Below are positions 54,600-64,000 of a stretch of DNA of 64,000 nucleotides, one piece after another. Location: NCBI GenBank assembly GCA_021849125.1, contig JAJZTG010000001.1:18392-82391 (forward strand), in the 5' to 3' direction. This DNA comes from a bacterium. GTDB lineage: Bacteria; Patescibacteriota; Minisyncoccia; Phycocordibacterales; Phycocordibacteraceae. A program made the translations under genes and the position numbers. How positions within the stretch are numbered: the first letter of the stretch is position 1; every line of letters starts with the position of its first letter. Below the pieces are notes generated by a model. That model was not told where the DNA came from. It did no database searches and was given only the letters and a program-made list of their open reading frames with translations.

Positions 54600-56332
54600 A
54601 TTGCAGTGGTTGTAGCTACGCCGCGATCGGGCGGCACCTGATAATAGTCGATGAGAAAGTGCACGAGGTCAAGGAAGGTCGGGCCAAGCGTATCGGATGC
54701 ATATGTGACGTGTTGCGGATCGTTCGTATAGAGAAGGATGATGAATCGCGAGTCATACGAGGGAAAGAATCCAATAAAAGAATGGAAGAACCTGTCCTTA
54801 TAGTATCCTCCTTGCCCGTCGGTGAGCTGCGCCGTACCCGTCTTGGCGGCGACCGACATCGTCGGAATGATTGCCTTCCCGTTCTGAAGCTTCTCATCGA
54901 CCATTTCGGTCATCATGACGGTCGTCTCGCGCGCAGCAGCCGCAGAGAAGACCTGCGTCCGCTCACTCCAGTCAAGCTGCCGCACGATGCCCGAGTCAAG
55001 CCGGATGGCGCTCACCAGGTGCGGCTCGACCATCGCACCGCCATTGGCTATCGCGCCGAGCGCACGGATCATCTGGATCGGCGTCACCGCGATGCCTTGC
55101 CCGAACGATGCGGTGTCGTACCCGATCTGTTGCGGCTTCGAAAGGTTGCTTAAAAGCGCATGTCCTTCGCTTGGGAGATCGATTCCCGTCTTCTGTCCGA
55201 AGAGCTTCGTGAAGTAATCGCGGAACTTATCCTGGCCGAGCTCGGTCGCGATCCACGAGGCGCCGACGTTAAGCGACTGCAGGATGATCTCCTTCATAGG
55301 GATGACGCCGCGTGCTTTCAAATCCCAGTTGCAGATCTTCGCTTTGTTTACCGTGATGCAGCCAGTGTCGTTATAGGTAGTGCGGGGAGTTATGACACCC
55401 GCGTCAAGTCCGGCTGTCATGGTGAGAGGCTTCGCGATCGAACCGAATTCATGCACCGATTCGACGAGCGGGTTCCCGAGACGAGACGGGTTGGCATTTG
55501 AGAGATCATTAGGGTCGTAAGAAGGATACGTGGCCATAGCGATGATGGCACCAGTAGCCGGATCCATGATGATCCCTCCCGTCTCTTTGCTTGCGTATTG
55601 CTCACTCACCTTTTTCAGGTCATGTTCGAGCCGCGTCTGCACCTCGGGCTCTATCGTGGTTACGATGGCTCCTTCATGGGAATCCTTCGCATCGACAAGG
55701 AGATTCCCCACGTTTGAGAAAAGCTCCGCAAAGAAATTCTTGTAGAGGGAGTCCTCGCTGCGCGAAAGCGTACCGTCATACATTGCCTCAAGCCCGGTTT
55801 GTCCGATGAGCGTATCGCCCGAACCGTAAGAAACAAGACCTATCGTCTGCGAAGCGAGCGATTTCCCAGGATAGTAGCGCCAACGCTCGCGCAAGACCTG
55901 CACGCCAGGCAGTTCTTGTGCGACAAGCGCCTTCCCCGCTTCATCCGGAACCCGATGCGCGACTTCGACATAGACGAGATGCTTTTTTGCGGCCGCTGTA
56001 AGAAAAGCAGTGCGCGAAATGGTAGTCGACGCCGCAGTAGAAATCGCTTCATACGCAGCCTCGGGGTCAACGAGTGTCTGCGGATTGATAGCGACCAAGA
56101 ATCCTGTCGAGAGCGTCGCTGCTGAAATAAGATCGCCGTCCTTATCGGAAAAATAAACCGCCCCTCGATCAAAAAGCCCCCCGCTACCAGCTGCATATTG
56201 GCGATCGGCCTTCTGCGAATAATCATCGCCATGAACGATCTGTACGAAATAAAGACGCGCGACGATAAGGAGTGCTGCAAGCGCGATGCCTGCAAGAATA
56301 AAACGGATACGAAATCGGAATTGTGCGCGCAT
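54596..56332 (-). CDS. ftsI: Class B penicillin-binding protein (FtsI-like)
   Basis: GSIAK (SxxK), SLN, KTGTAQ; lies downstream of mraZ-rsmH-ftsL. Confidence 0.85.
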   Translation of the reverse strand: MRAQFRFRIRFILAGIALAALLIVARLYFVQIVHGDDYSQKADRQYAAGSGGLFDRGAVYFSDKDGDLISAATLSTGFLVAINPQTLVDPEAAYEAISTAASTTISRTAFLTAAAKKHLVYVEVAHRVPDEAGKALVAQELPGVQVLRERWRYYPGKSLASQTIGLVSYGSGDTLIGQTGLEAMYDGTLSRSEDSLYKNFFAELFSNVGNLLVDAKDSHEGAIVTTIEPEVQTRLEHDLKKVSEQYASKETGGIIMDPATGAIIAMATYPSYDPNDLSNANPSRLGNPLVESVHEFGSIAKPLTMTAGLDAGVITPRTTYNDTGCITVNKAKICNWDLKARGVIPMKEIILQSLNVGASWIATELGQDKFRDYFTKLFGQKTGIDLPSEGHALLSNLSKPQQIGYDTASFGQGIAVTPIQMIRALGAIANGGAMVEPHLVSAIRLDSGIVRQLDWSERTQVFSAAAARETTVMMTEMVDEKLQNGKAIIPTMSVAAKTGTAQLTDGQGGYYKDRFFHSFIGFFPSYDSRFIILLYTNDPQHVTYASDTLGPTFLDLVHFLIDYYQVPPDRGVATTTAI

Positions 56333-56457
56333 CCCGTTAGAAATAGAGCGCGAACGCGCTAATCGCGCCGTACTCTATCCGATTAGCAGTGCCTGCGCCG
56401 ATCGTGCTAAGTAAATCCTGCATATTGTGTTCGTGATTCCTAACGGGACGCATACGG

Positions 56458-56754
56458 CTAACGCAAAGCAGTGAAGCTTTGTGTGGCGGGAACGAAGATC
56501 TTAGCGATTGGAGCTGCGTATCCGATGGCGTGATAATCAACGCTCTCGATATGCGCGACGGTCGCCAGATATCGTGATTCGAGCGTCGCGAGCGATGCCT
56601 CATCGTTTTTCACCGACTGCGTGAATTCGACCGTGAGTGCGGCATAGCTCATTACTACGGCGATGAGACCGATATACACGACAGCGAGAACGGCAACTAC
56701 GCCGAGACAAAGCGAGATGGGTGAAAACGGAAGACGAAGAGCGAGGCTAGGCAT
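56458..56754 (-). CDS. Probable FtsL-like cell division protein
   Basis: Single TM plus a short coiled coil, between rsmH and ftsI. Positional inference. Confidence 0.55.
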   Translation of the reverse strand: MPSLALRLPFSPISLCLGVVAVLAVVYIGLIAVVMSYAALTVEFTQSVKNDEASLATLESRYLATVAHIESVDYHAIGYAAPIAKIFVPATQSFTALR

Positions 56755-57706
56755 AGGAAGGCATGGTTGAACGGTGCACGCTGGTAAAAAGACCCTGGAT
56801 CATAGGCACGGCGTTCCGTTCGAACACGCGAAGCTTCGCGCTTCGCGCACGGCGGTTTACGAGGATTTCTTCGCGCGTCGGCACGACCGGCTTTTTCGAA
56901 ACGAGCGTCCCGAGACCTCCCTCAACCGCTTCACGGAGCATCATCTTTACGACGCGGTCCTCGATGCTATGGAAAGAAATGATCGCTACTCGTCCTTGCG
57001 GCGCGAGCGCATGGATCGCTGCGGCAAGACCCTCACGCAAGCTGCCGATCTCATCGTTGACCGCGATGCGGAGGGCCTGGAAGGTCTTGGTCGCCGGATG
57101 GATCTTCCGTTCCTGATACCACCGCGGCGTTCCCGCCTTCACGGCAGCGACCAAAGCGCCGGTCGTAAGGATCCGCTCTTTCGCGCGCGCGGCAACGATA
57201 GCGCGCGCGATGCCTCGCGAGAAATGCTCCTCGCCATACACGTAGAGGATGTCCGCGAGCTCTTCTTCCGAGGAAGCGTTGACGATATCTGCTGCCGTCT
57301 CCCCTCCTTCGCTATAGGTCATGAGAAGCGGTTCATCATTCTGGAACGAGAAGCCGCGCGGCGAAGCGATCTGGTAACCGCTCCAACCGAGATCGAAAAG
57401 CGCCTTATCGATCGTGCCGATACCGAGACGCTCAAGGATGTGTGCGAGGTTACGGAAATTGTCGTTGACGATATGCCCCACCGGACGATCAGCCCTGCGG
57501 TCGAGCGCATACGCTTCGCGACCGCGTTCGACCGCTGCAGGATCGGCATCGATACCGATCATGACCCCGTCTTTCCCGAGAAGCGCAAGAAGGCTCCCGA
57601 AATGCCCTGCCCCGCCGATGGTCGCGTCGACGACGACATTGCTCTTCTGCACGTCGAGCGCTTCGAGGACTTCGTTTGCAAGCACGCTGTCATGTCGAGC
57701 TTCCAT
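56747..57706 (-). CDS. rsmH: 16S rRNA m4C1402 methyltransferase
   Basis: HDSVL, DATIGGAGH, FDLGWS, ATKTFQALRIAVN, SFHSIEDR, RSAKLR. Confidence 0.97.
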   Translation of the reverse strand: MEARHDSVLANEVLEALDVQKSNVVVDATIGGAGHFGSLLALLGKDGVMIGIDADPAAVERGREAYALDRRADRPVGHIVNDNFRNLAHILERLGIGTIDKALFDLGWSGYQIASPRGFSFQNDEPLLMTYSEGGETAADIVNASSEEELADILYVYGEEHFSRGIARAIVAARAKERILTTGALVAAVKAGTPRWYQERKIHPATKTFQALRIAVNDEIGSLREGLAAAIHALAPQGRVAIISFHSIEDRVVKMMLREAVEGGLGTLVSKKPVVPTREEILVNRRARSAKLRVFERNAVPMIQGLFTSVHRSTMPSYA

Positions 57707-57709
57707 ACG

Positions 57710-58141
57710 CTATTTGGCCGGACTGCCGAGCTCTTCGACATACCGATCGGCATCACGCTCGATCGCGGTCGTATAAGACTTCCAGGCATTCTCCTCCCAG
57801 ATCTCGACCCGGTCCGCCACACCAGCGACGACCGCCTTGTCGGAGAGCGAGGCGAACGCTTTCAGGTTTTCGGGAACCAACACCCGACCGGCCTTATCGA
57901 CTTCGGCCTCGAACGAACCCGCCAAGAAGAGACGCGCGAGACCGCGACGTGTCGCGATCCCATTGATATCAGCCGCATAACTCTGCGCTTCTTTCTCCCA
58001 TGCCTTCTTCGAATACAGATAGAGACAATGATCGAGGCCGCGCGTCACGACGACGACACGGCCGAGCTCTTTCCGGAATTTTGCCGGTACCGATATGCGA
58101 TTCTTCGCGTCAAAGGTGTGTAGGTATTCTCCGAGAAACAT
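57710..58141 (-). CDS. mraZ: Transcriptional regulator MraZ
   Basis: MFLGEYLHTFDAKNRISVPAKFR...DKAGRVLVP...RVEIW. Confidence 0.96.
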   Translation of the reverse strand: MFLGEYLHTFDAKNRISVPAKFRKELGRVVVVTRGLDHCLYLYSKKAWEKEAQSYAADINGIATRRGLARLFLAGSFEAEVDKAGRVLVPENLKAFASLSDKAVVAGVADRVEIWEENAWKSYTTAIERDADRYVEELGSPAK

Positions 58142-58208
58142 GGCGGGGCGGCGGACAACGCGGGACGGGCCACCACTCCCGTATCCCACTCTGTTCACCA
58201 TAATGATG

Positions 58209-58252
58209 ATTATATCCCACCCCGCCCCACCTCCCTATTTCGGTTATCCACA
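58209..58252 (-). promoter_or_regulatory. mraZ promoter with MraZ-box-like repeats and a DnaA box
   Basis: Minus strand GTGGG-gcggg-GTGGG-a-TATAAT; TTATCCACA at 58244-58252. Confidence 0.6.
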
Positions 58253-58253
58253 C

Positions 58254-58296
58254 AAAGGAAAACGGCGCGAGCTTCTGGCTCGCGCCGTTTTCCTTT
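58254..58296 (-). terminator. Terminator after lysS
   Basis: aaaggaaaacggcgcgagc..gctcgcgccgttttccttt. Confidence 0.75.
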
Positions 58297-58305
58297 GTGT
58301 TTCGC

Positions 58306-59757
58306 CTATCGCGGCCGCATGAGCGGGAACGCCTGTGCCTCGCGCACGGAAACCCCCTCTAGGAAGCTGAAAAGTCGCTCGGAAACGCCAAAGCCGAAGG
58401 CGGGCGGCATACCGTACTCAAGAGCCTCGACGAACTCGGCGTCCGGCATCTGAGCCTCCTCATCCCCTGCCGCACGAAGCTCGCCCTGGCGCTTGAAACG
58501 CTCAGCTTGATCAAGCGGATCGTTGAGTTCGCTGAAGCCTTTGCCGATCTCGCTCCCGGCAAGCATTACCTGGAAGCGCTCGACGACACGCGGGTCCTTA
58601 TCACTCTTCTTAGCGAGCGGCTCCATGTAGACTGGCACGTTCACCAGGAATCCTGGGCCGGAGAGCGTCTTGCGAACCTGCTTCCAGGCGATGTCGACCA
58701 GACGCTCGAGTCCTGCACCAGCATCAAACGAGATGCCGCGCTCCGTAAGCACCGACTCCCAATCCGCGTTGTCATCAAGCGGATCGAGTCCGTACTCCTG
58801 CTTCATGAGCTCGCAGAAATCGTAGCGCTGCCAGTCCTGATCGAGATCGATCTCGAACCCCTTAATGGAAAAGACCCGCGTACCGTAGACTTCGTCAGCA
58901 ATCGTGCGATAGAGGTCGGTGATCATCGTCATCCCTTCTTCGTAATCCTTGAACGCCTCGTAGAATTCCACCTGCGTGTAGTCCTGCGCGTGCTCGGCGG
59001 ACATGCCTTCGTTACGGAAGATACGGCCGATCTCGAATACTTTCGGGAGCCCAGCGACGAGGAGGCGCTTCTGCCAGAGCTCGCCAGCGCTGATGCGTAG
59101 GTACACGTCCATGTCGAGCGCATTGTGATGCGTCACGAACGGGCGCGCTTCTGCACCGCCTGTGGTCGTCTCGAGCACCGGCGTCTCTACTTCAACGAAA
59201 TGACGATTGAGCAGGTAGGTGCGGATCGTGTTCCAGAACTTCGAGCGCCGCATAAGGCGTTCGGCGAGTTCTTTGGTGAGGATGATATCGAGATAACGCT
59301 TCCGATAGCGCTCGTCCTCGTCTTTGATACCGAACCACTCGTCAGGGAGCGGCCGGAGCGATTTCGCGAGCATGCGCCAGCTATGACCTTCAAGCGACGG
59401 CATGCCGCGTTTGGTCGTGAATGCGATACCTTTCATCTCGATGATGTCACCAGCATCAACGGTCGACACGAAAAGATCGTACGATTCCTCGCCGAGCTTG
59501 TCCTTCTGGAGATAGCACTGTCCTTTCATACCATCAAAAAGATCGACGAAAAGCGAGCCGCCGTGCTCACGCATGCTTATGACACGGCCGGCAAGGACGA
59601 CTTCCTCACCGCTCGCGACAAATGCCGCATGATTGGCAAGGAATGCCTCGATGGCGTGCGTACGGTGCGTCCGGGCCGGATACGCTTCCATGCCGGAAGC
59701 CTTAAGACGCTCAATCTTCGCGAGCCGTTCGGTTCGCACAGTTTCAAGCAAAGCCAT
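58306..59757 (-). CDS. lysS: Lysine--tRNA ligase (class II)
   Basis: GGAEARPFVTHHNALD, YLRIS, FEIGRIFRNEG, FSELNDP, YGMPP. Confidence 0.97.
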   Translation of the reverse strand: MALLETVRTERLAKIERLKASGMEAYPARTHRTHAIEAFLANHAAFVASGEEVVLAGRVISMREHGGSLFVDLFDGMKGQCYLQKDKLGEESYDLFVSTVDAGDIIEMKGIAFTTKRGMPSLEGHSWRMLAKSLRPLPDEWFGIKDEDERYRKRYLDIILTKELAERLMRRSKFWNTIRTYLLNRHFVEVETPVLETTTGGAEARPFVTHHNALDMDVYLRISAGELWQKRLLVAGLPKVFEIGRIFRNEGMSAEHAQDYTQVEFYEAFKDYEEGMTMITDLYRTIADEVYGTRVFSIKGFEIDLDQDWQRYDFCELMKQEYGLDPLDDNADWESVLTERGISFDAGAGLERLVDIAWKQVRKTLSGPGFLVNVPVYMEPLAKKSDKDPRVVERFQVMLAGSEIGKGFSELNDPLDQAERFKRQGELRAAGDEEAQMPDAEFVEALEYGMPPAFGFGVSERLFSFLEGVSVREAQAFPLMRPR

Positions 59758-59789
59758 GGCTACAACTATACACTATGAAAACAAGACCC

Positions 59790-59945
59790 TTACTCTCCTC
59801 CCTTCTTGTCTTGCTTGATGGCGGCCATGTACCCATGCAGAATCCTGAGATTACGTTCCACTTCACGCATCTCTTCCTTGCTCATACCCTCATATATGGA
59901 TGCGGCTGTTTCGTCTATAGCTGCCTGAACGAGCTTCTCGTCCAT
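59790..59945 (-). CDS. Small hypothetical protein (51 aa)
   Basis: Manual translation MDEKLVQAAIDETAASIYEGMSKEEMREVERNLRILHGYMAAIKQDKKGGE; co-oriented with greA and lysS. Confidence 0.45.
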   Translation of the reverse strand: MDEKLVQAAIDETAASIYEGMSKEEMREVERNLRILHGYMAAIKQDKKGGE

Positions 59946-59978
59946 ATGGGGGGCATCCTTTCAAAAGACATACGGTTA

Positions 59979-60452
59979 TTAGGCAACCTTTTCGATTGAA
60001 TACACCTGCTTGCCAGAGGGCGTTTCGAAAGTGAAGACATCACCCTTCTTCTTCCCCATGAGGGCAGCGCCGAGCGGTGAGACATGCGAGATCTTCTTTA
60101 CACGCATGTCCGCCTCTTCGCTGCCGACGATCGTATACTCGTGGATGTCGCTACTGCCTTCTTTCTTGATCGATACCTTCGATCCGAAACTGATCTCATC
60201 TTTCTTTTTGCCGTCCTGCATGATCTTCGTGTGCTTCACGAGATCTTCCAATTTCTTGATACGTTCCTCGGTTGCGGCCTGCAGGTCGCGAGCCTCCTGA
60301 TATTCTGCGTTTTCTGAAAGGTCGCCGAGCGAACGGGCATACTCAAGGCTCTTAGCGATCTCCGTGCGGCGGACCGTCTTCAAATGCTCGAGCTCTTTGA
60401 TCATCTCGTCGAATTTCTCCTGCGAAACGATGATTTCAGGGATGTCCGTCAT
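59979..60452 (-). CDS. greA: Transcription elongation factor GreA
   Basis: GDLSENAEY, YTIVGSEEAD, ISHVSPLGAALMG. Confidence 0.97.
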   Translation of the reverse strand: MTDIPEIIVSQEKFDEMIKELEHLKTVRRTEIAKSLEYARSLGDLSENAEYQEARDLQAATEERIKKLEDLVKHTKIMQDGKKKDEISFGSKVSIKKEGSSDIHEYTIVGSEEADMRVKKISHVSPLGAALMGKKKGDVFTFETPSGKQVYSIEKVA

Positions 60453-60512
60453 GGTCGAATGTGCTATGTGGTTGCTATTGTACGTGACCCAGGCTGGAGC
60501 GCAATAGCGAAT

Positions 60513-62183
60513 CTAGGGGATGCCGACGTACGAGGAATCCTCGGCATGGAGCGCTTCAAAAAGATTCCGCATCACATTCACCGCTTGCGATCCGGTGCCG
60601 CCAGGACCGCGTTCCAGCACTACCACAAACGCATAGCGCGGATGTTCGTACGGGAAGAAGCCAACCACCCATGAGTTATCGTATTCGTTCCGGACGCCCG
60701 TCTGTGCGGTACCGGTTTTCGCGGCCGCCTGCACATAGGGCAAATTGATCGCTTGCGCAAGCGCCTCGGTAACCGTCTCTCGCATCCCCTCTCTCACGAC
60801 AGTGAGAGCAGCCGAATCGACCGGCACGCGGGTGAACTCTGGCGTTGCGTCCGCGACGACGGTGGGCGTAAGCAGTTTTCCGCCATTCGCGACTGCTGCC
60901 GTCGCGCGCACCATCTGAATCGGCGTTACCTGCACCGAATACTGACCGATCGAACTGAAGTATGTATCACCTAGGTACCAGGGTTCGTTGAACACCGCTT
61001 TTTTCCATTCTGGGTTCGGGATATTACCACTCGCCTCACCAGGAAGCCCGATACCCGTAGTCGTTCCGAGACCGAATTGGCGATACCAGTACTCGAGACG
61101 GTCGATACCGAGCCCCTTTTGCGCCCGATACCCACCGCCTACCGAATAGAAGAACACATCAGACGACCAAGCGATTGCCTTCCGTACGTCTACCGGCCCA
61201 AGAGCCTTCCATCCCTTATAGACGAAATTTTTCCCGGGATGGTACGGATCAGGGAGCGAGACGAAGCCCGGATCGTTGATTACGGTATTGGGCGTGATAA
61301 TCCCGTCGGTGAGAGCCCCCGAGGCGACGAGAGGCTTCACGATAGAGCCAGGTGCATACACACCCTGAATCGCATGGTCGAGAAACGGATGCCCGGGATC
61401 TCGGTTGTACGAAGCAATGGTTGCCGACGGGCCCCCACTCGACATCACATTCGAATCGTAACTTGGATACGAAACAATCGCGTGGATAGCGCCCGTTTGA
61501 GCATCCATGATTATTCCGCTGCCCGCGATGAACTGTTTCGCTTGTACGATATTCTCAATAGCTTCAGCAAAATGTCGCTGCAAGTCGGCATCGATCGAGA
61601 GTGCGAGCGTCTTCCCCTCCACTGCCGGTACGATCGTACCAGAGGAACGCACTTGCCCACGCACGTCGGTCTCCGTGAGCATCTTTCCGTTCTTTCCGGT
61701 GAGGAGGTCGTTGTACCGTGCCTCAAGCCCCGCTACGCCACGCTCGACCGTCTCATAGTAGACGCCGTTCGCATCTTTCCTCGGGTAAGAGACATATCCG
61801 AGAACGTGACTCAAGGAAGGGAGCGGATAATGTCGCTCGAGGGTGCCATCATCATTGCGGATATTCTCGGCAAGCACTACGCCATGGATATCGACGATAG
61901 TCCCGCGCGGCGCAAAGAGTGTCACTGCATCGAGACTGTTGTGTGCGCTTTGGACCGCATACTCCTCTCCGTGTGATATCTGTATGTACCAAGCTCGACA
62001 AAGAAGGATGAAGAAAAGGAGAGCGAGCACAGATCCCATAAGGACAAAAGAGGAGTCTGGAAGAGGCTTTTCGATGCGACCCTCAAATCGCATCCGGTTG
62101 ACTTCAAGCGTATTCGACGAATCAAGAAATATCTCATCAGGTGCGATCTCCGGATTACGTCGCTTTCTACCCCACCACTTCAT
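60513..62183 (-). CDS. mrdA: Penicillin-binding protein 2
   Basis: APRG, PGSIVK, SSDVFFY, KTGTAQ; lies downstream of mreBCD. Confidence 0.9.
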   Translation of the reverse strand: MKWWGRKRRNPEIAPDEIFLDSSNTLEVNRMRFEGRIEKPLPDSSFVLMGSVLALLFFILLCRAWYIQISHGEEYAVQSAHNSLDAVTLFAPRGTIVDIHGVVLAENIRNDDGTLERHYPLPSLSHVLGYVSYPRKDANGVYYETVERGVAGLEARYNDLLTGKNGKMLTETDVRGQVRSSGTIVPAVEGKTLALSIDADLQRHFAEAIENIVQAKQFIAGSGIIMDAQTGAIHAIVSYPSYDSNVMSSGGPSATIASYNRDPGHPFLDHAIQGVYAPGSIVKPLVASGALTDGIITPNTVINDPGFVSLPDPYHPGKNFVYKGWKALGPVDVRKAIAWSSDVFFYSVGGGYRAQKGLGIDRLEYWYRQFGLGTTTGIGLPGEASGNIPNPEWKKAVFNEPWYLGDTYFSSIGQYSVQVTPIQMVRATAAVANGGKLLTPTVVADATPEFTRVPVDSAALTVVREGMRETVTEALAQAINLPYVQAAAKTGTAQTGVRNEYDNSWVVGFFPYEHPRYAFVVVLERGPGGTGSQAVNVMRNLFEALHAEDSSYVGIP

Positions 62184-62431
62184 TCTCCGATGATACCCGT
62201 CTTAAGCTGACTGCGCACGAGCAGGATGCTCACCGTCACAAGCGCGCCAAGTCCCGTAAAGAACGGCATGCCCGCATGCTGCGGGTAATAGAACACGTCT
62301 GCCGCGACCCCAACGACAAGGGGCACGAAGGGTTCGAAAGGAGCGGCAATGAGGACGATAAGGACGGTAAGCGGCCAGGGGAAAGCGATGATCGAGACGA
62401 GAGCCAGGAGCGTAAGGGCTTTCGGGATCAT
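62180..62431 (-). CDS. Reduced MreD-like membrane protein
   Basis: 83-aa hydrophobic ORF overlapping mreC and mrdA. Positional inference. Confidence 0.55.
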   Translation of the reverse strand: MIPKALTLLALVSIIAFPWPLTVLIVLIAAPFEPFVPLVVGVAADVFYYPQHAGMPFFTGLGALVTVSILLVRSQLKTGIIGE

Positions 62432-63261
62432 AGCGGGAGCGTCGAGGTCGCGAAGACCGTAGGGACCGCTCCCGTAGCGCGCACGACGATCCAGGAAAGT
62501 CCGTAAAAATTCGCTGCGGGCCTGATGCGCAACTTCACTTGAGGCGAAAGAGGGTCACTGTCGAGACGCACCACGCTTCCGACCGGAAGCATACCCGGCC
62601 CCGGTACGAACACTGCGTCTCCGACGGATACGTTTGCATCACGCACGGTCGAAGCTTCCATGACACCTCCACCAACGCCCGTGATCGTGATCGGTGTATT
62701 CGTATTCCCTACCCAACCCTCGGTAGCCACGCCCGAGGTGGAAAAAAGGGTCACATAGGACACGTTCTTCAATACCGATGTCACGATGCCTATCGGTGTG
62801 TTCCTTTCGCCGAACGCTTCCATCCCGACGATCACGCCATCCTCCTCTCCGGCTGCGATGACCAGCACATCGTATGGACTTTCAGGAGGACGCGCGATTA
62901 CGCCCGCCAGCAGACCAGGTATCGTTTCCTTCGTCTCATGGACCGAAAGGAGCGCCGTAACATTCTTAAGCTTCTGCGTGAGCATCTGGTTCTGGCTCGC
63001 AAGCGCATGGTTCTCATCCTCAAGCTGCGCGTTTTCTTGCGCAAGCGCCGCAGTGTCACGAAAACCGTCGAAAAAAGCGTCTGTCTTGGTTGAAAAGATA
63101 TGCGATACGCCGAAAACAGGCGTAAAGAGTTTCCAAAAGGCGTTGGGGGCAAGTACGCGGAGAAAAAGCAGCGAGCAGACGAGGAGGATAAGAAAAATAC
63201 CCCACGAAACGCCCTTGGTCGTGAGGAGCGCGTTACGCTTCGCTAAGAATGTCCTCCTCAT
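62428..63261 (-). CDS. mreC: Rod shape-determining protein MreC
   Basis: TM helix, coiled coil, VIARPPESPYDVLVIAAG. Confidence 0.88.
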   Translation of the reverse strand: MRRTFLAKRNALLTTKGVSWGIFLILLVCSLLFLRVLAPNAFWKLFTPVFGVSHIFSTKTDAFFDGFRDTAALAQENAQLEDENHALASQNQMLTQKLKNVTALLSVHETKETIPGLLAGVIARPPESPYDVLVIAAGEEDGVIVGMEAFGERNTPIGIVTSVLKNVSYVTLFSTSGVATEGWVGNTNTPITITGVGGGVMEASTVRDANVSVGDAVFVPGPGMLPVGSVVRLDSDPLSPQVKLRIRPAANFYGLSWIVVRATGAVPTVFATSTLPL

Positions 63262-64000
63262 CGATAAAGAAATCCTTAAAGGGTTCTGGGTTCTCCGTCA
63301 CGACCCCCGCGCCACGGACGACCGCTGTGAGCGGTTCCGGTGCGACCCGTACCGGCACGCCGAGCATCTTCGCCAAAACCTGTGGGAGGCCGCGCAGGAG
63401 CGCACCGCCGCCGAAGACGGTCACGCCGTTCTCAAGAACGTCCGAAAGAAGCTCCGGCGGCGTCGCTTCGATGACTTCCTTCATCGCATCCATAAGCGCG
63501 TCCAAGGACGGCGTAAGCGCTTCGCGTACGTGACTGTCGGTAAGCACGATCTCGCGCGGGAGACCGGTCGCGAAATCACGACCACGGACGCTCTTCGAGA
63601 GAATCTCGTTAAGCGGCATCACGGAACCGATAGCGATCTTCACTTGTTCGGCCGTCTGCTCGCCGATACCGAGCTTGAACTCGCTCCGCACGTAATCGAT
63701 GATGTTCTCGTTGAAACGGTCGCCTGCGACCTGTGAGCTCTTCGAAGCGACAACGCCATTCAACGATATGACGGCGATATCGGTCGTACCGCCACCGATA
63801 TCGAGCACCATCGTGCCCGTCGCGCTAGAAACTGGCAGCTTTGCCCCGATCGCGCCTGCGACCGGCTCCTCGAGGATGAATGCTTCCCGGGCGCCCGCAT
63901 TCTTCGCCGCATCGCGCACGGCGCGGCTTTGCACGTTGGTCACGCCCGTCGGCACGCCGATAACGACGCGCGGGCCGAAGAGACGCGTACGTCCGTTCTG
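63233..64000 (-). CDS. mreB: Rod shape-determining protein MreB, C-terminal part (5' end lies outside the window)
   Basis: EEPVAGAIGA, DIGGGTTDIA, GEQTAEQVK, RGRDFATGLP, GGGALL. Confidence 0.96.
   Translation of the reverse strand, partial: QNGRTRLFGPRVVIGVPTGVTNVQSRAVRDAAKNAGAREAFILEEPVAGAIGAKLPVSSATGTMVLDIGGGTTDIAVISLNGVVASKSSQVAGDRFNENIIDYVRSEFKLGIGEQTAEQVKIAIGSVMPLNEILSKSVRGRDFATGLPREIVLTDSHVREALTPSLDALMDAMKEVIEATPPELLSDVLENGVTVFGGGALLRGLPQVLAKMLGVPVRVAPEPLTAVVRGAGVVTENPEPFKDFFIDEEDILSEA

Noticed and set aside
56335-56457. Possible ncRNA or small ORF between the ftsL-like gene and ftsI
   Set aside because: Only weak hairpins and a short ORF with no supporting signals.
56774-58123. 449-aa plus-strand ORF
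   Set aside because: Antisense to rsmH and mraZ.

Overview
This window is core chromosome of a Patescibacteria (CPR) bacterium, most likely Parcubacteria. That call is an inference from gene content and order: a short AlaRS, an archaeal-type AspRS, CPR-typical genes before infA, and many apparently leaderless genes. It holds infA-rpmJ-rpsM-rpsK-rpsD-rpoA-rplQ-rplM-rpsI, grpE-dnaK/dnaJ, seven aminoacyl-tRNA synthetases, scpA/scpB, a split dcw cluster, mreB-mreC-mreD-mrdA, dnaB-recR, a dockerin/cohesin surface-protein operon with a PAS two-component system, and many single-gene insertions. The standout observation is a ~130-nt structured non-coding element found after both tRNA genes (tRNA-Tyr GTA at 18.8 kb, tRNA-Glu CTC at 53.2 kb). 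Each copy has a conserved, covarying scaffold. Each also has a 20-nt segment exactly antisense to the 3' end of its own tRNA, split by a conserved hairpin precisely at the T-stem/acceptor-stem junction, and each is followed by a duplicated tRNA 3' end. This resembles a target-matched (guide-like) tRNA-associated element, and no partner protein is visible in the window. All annotations come from motif recognition by eye; no database searches were run.
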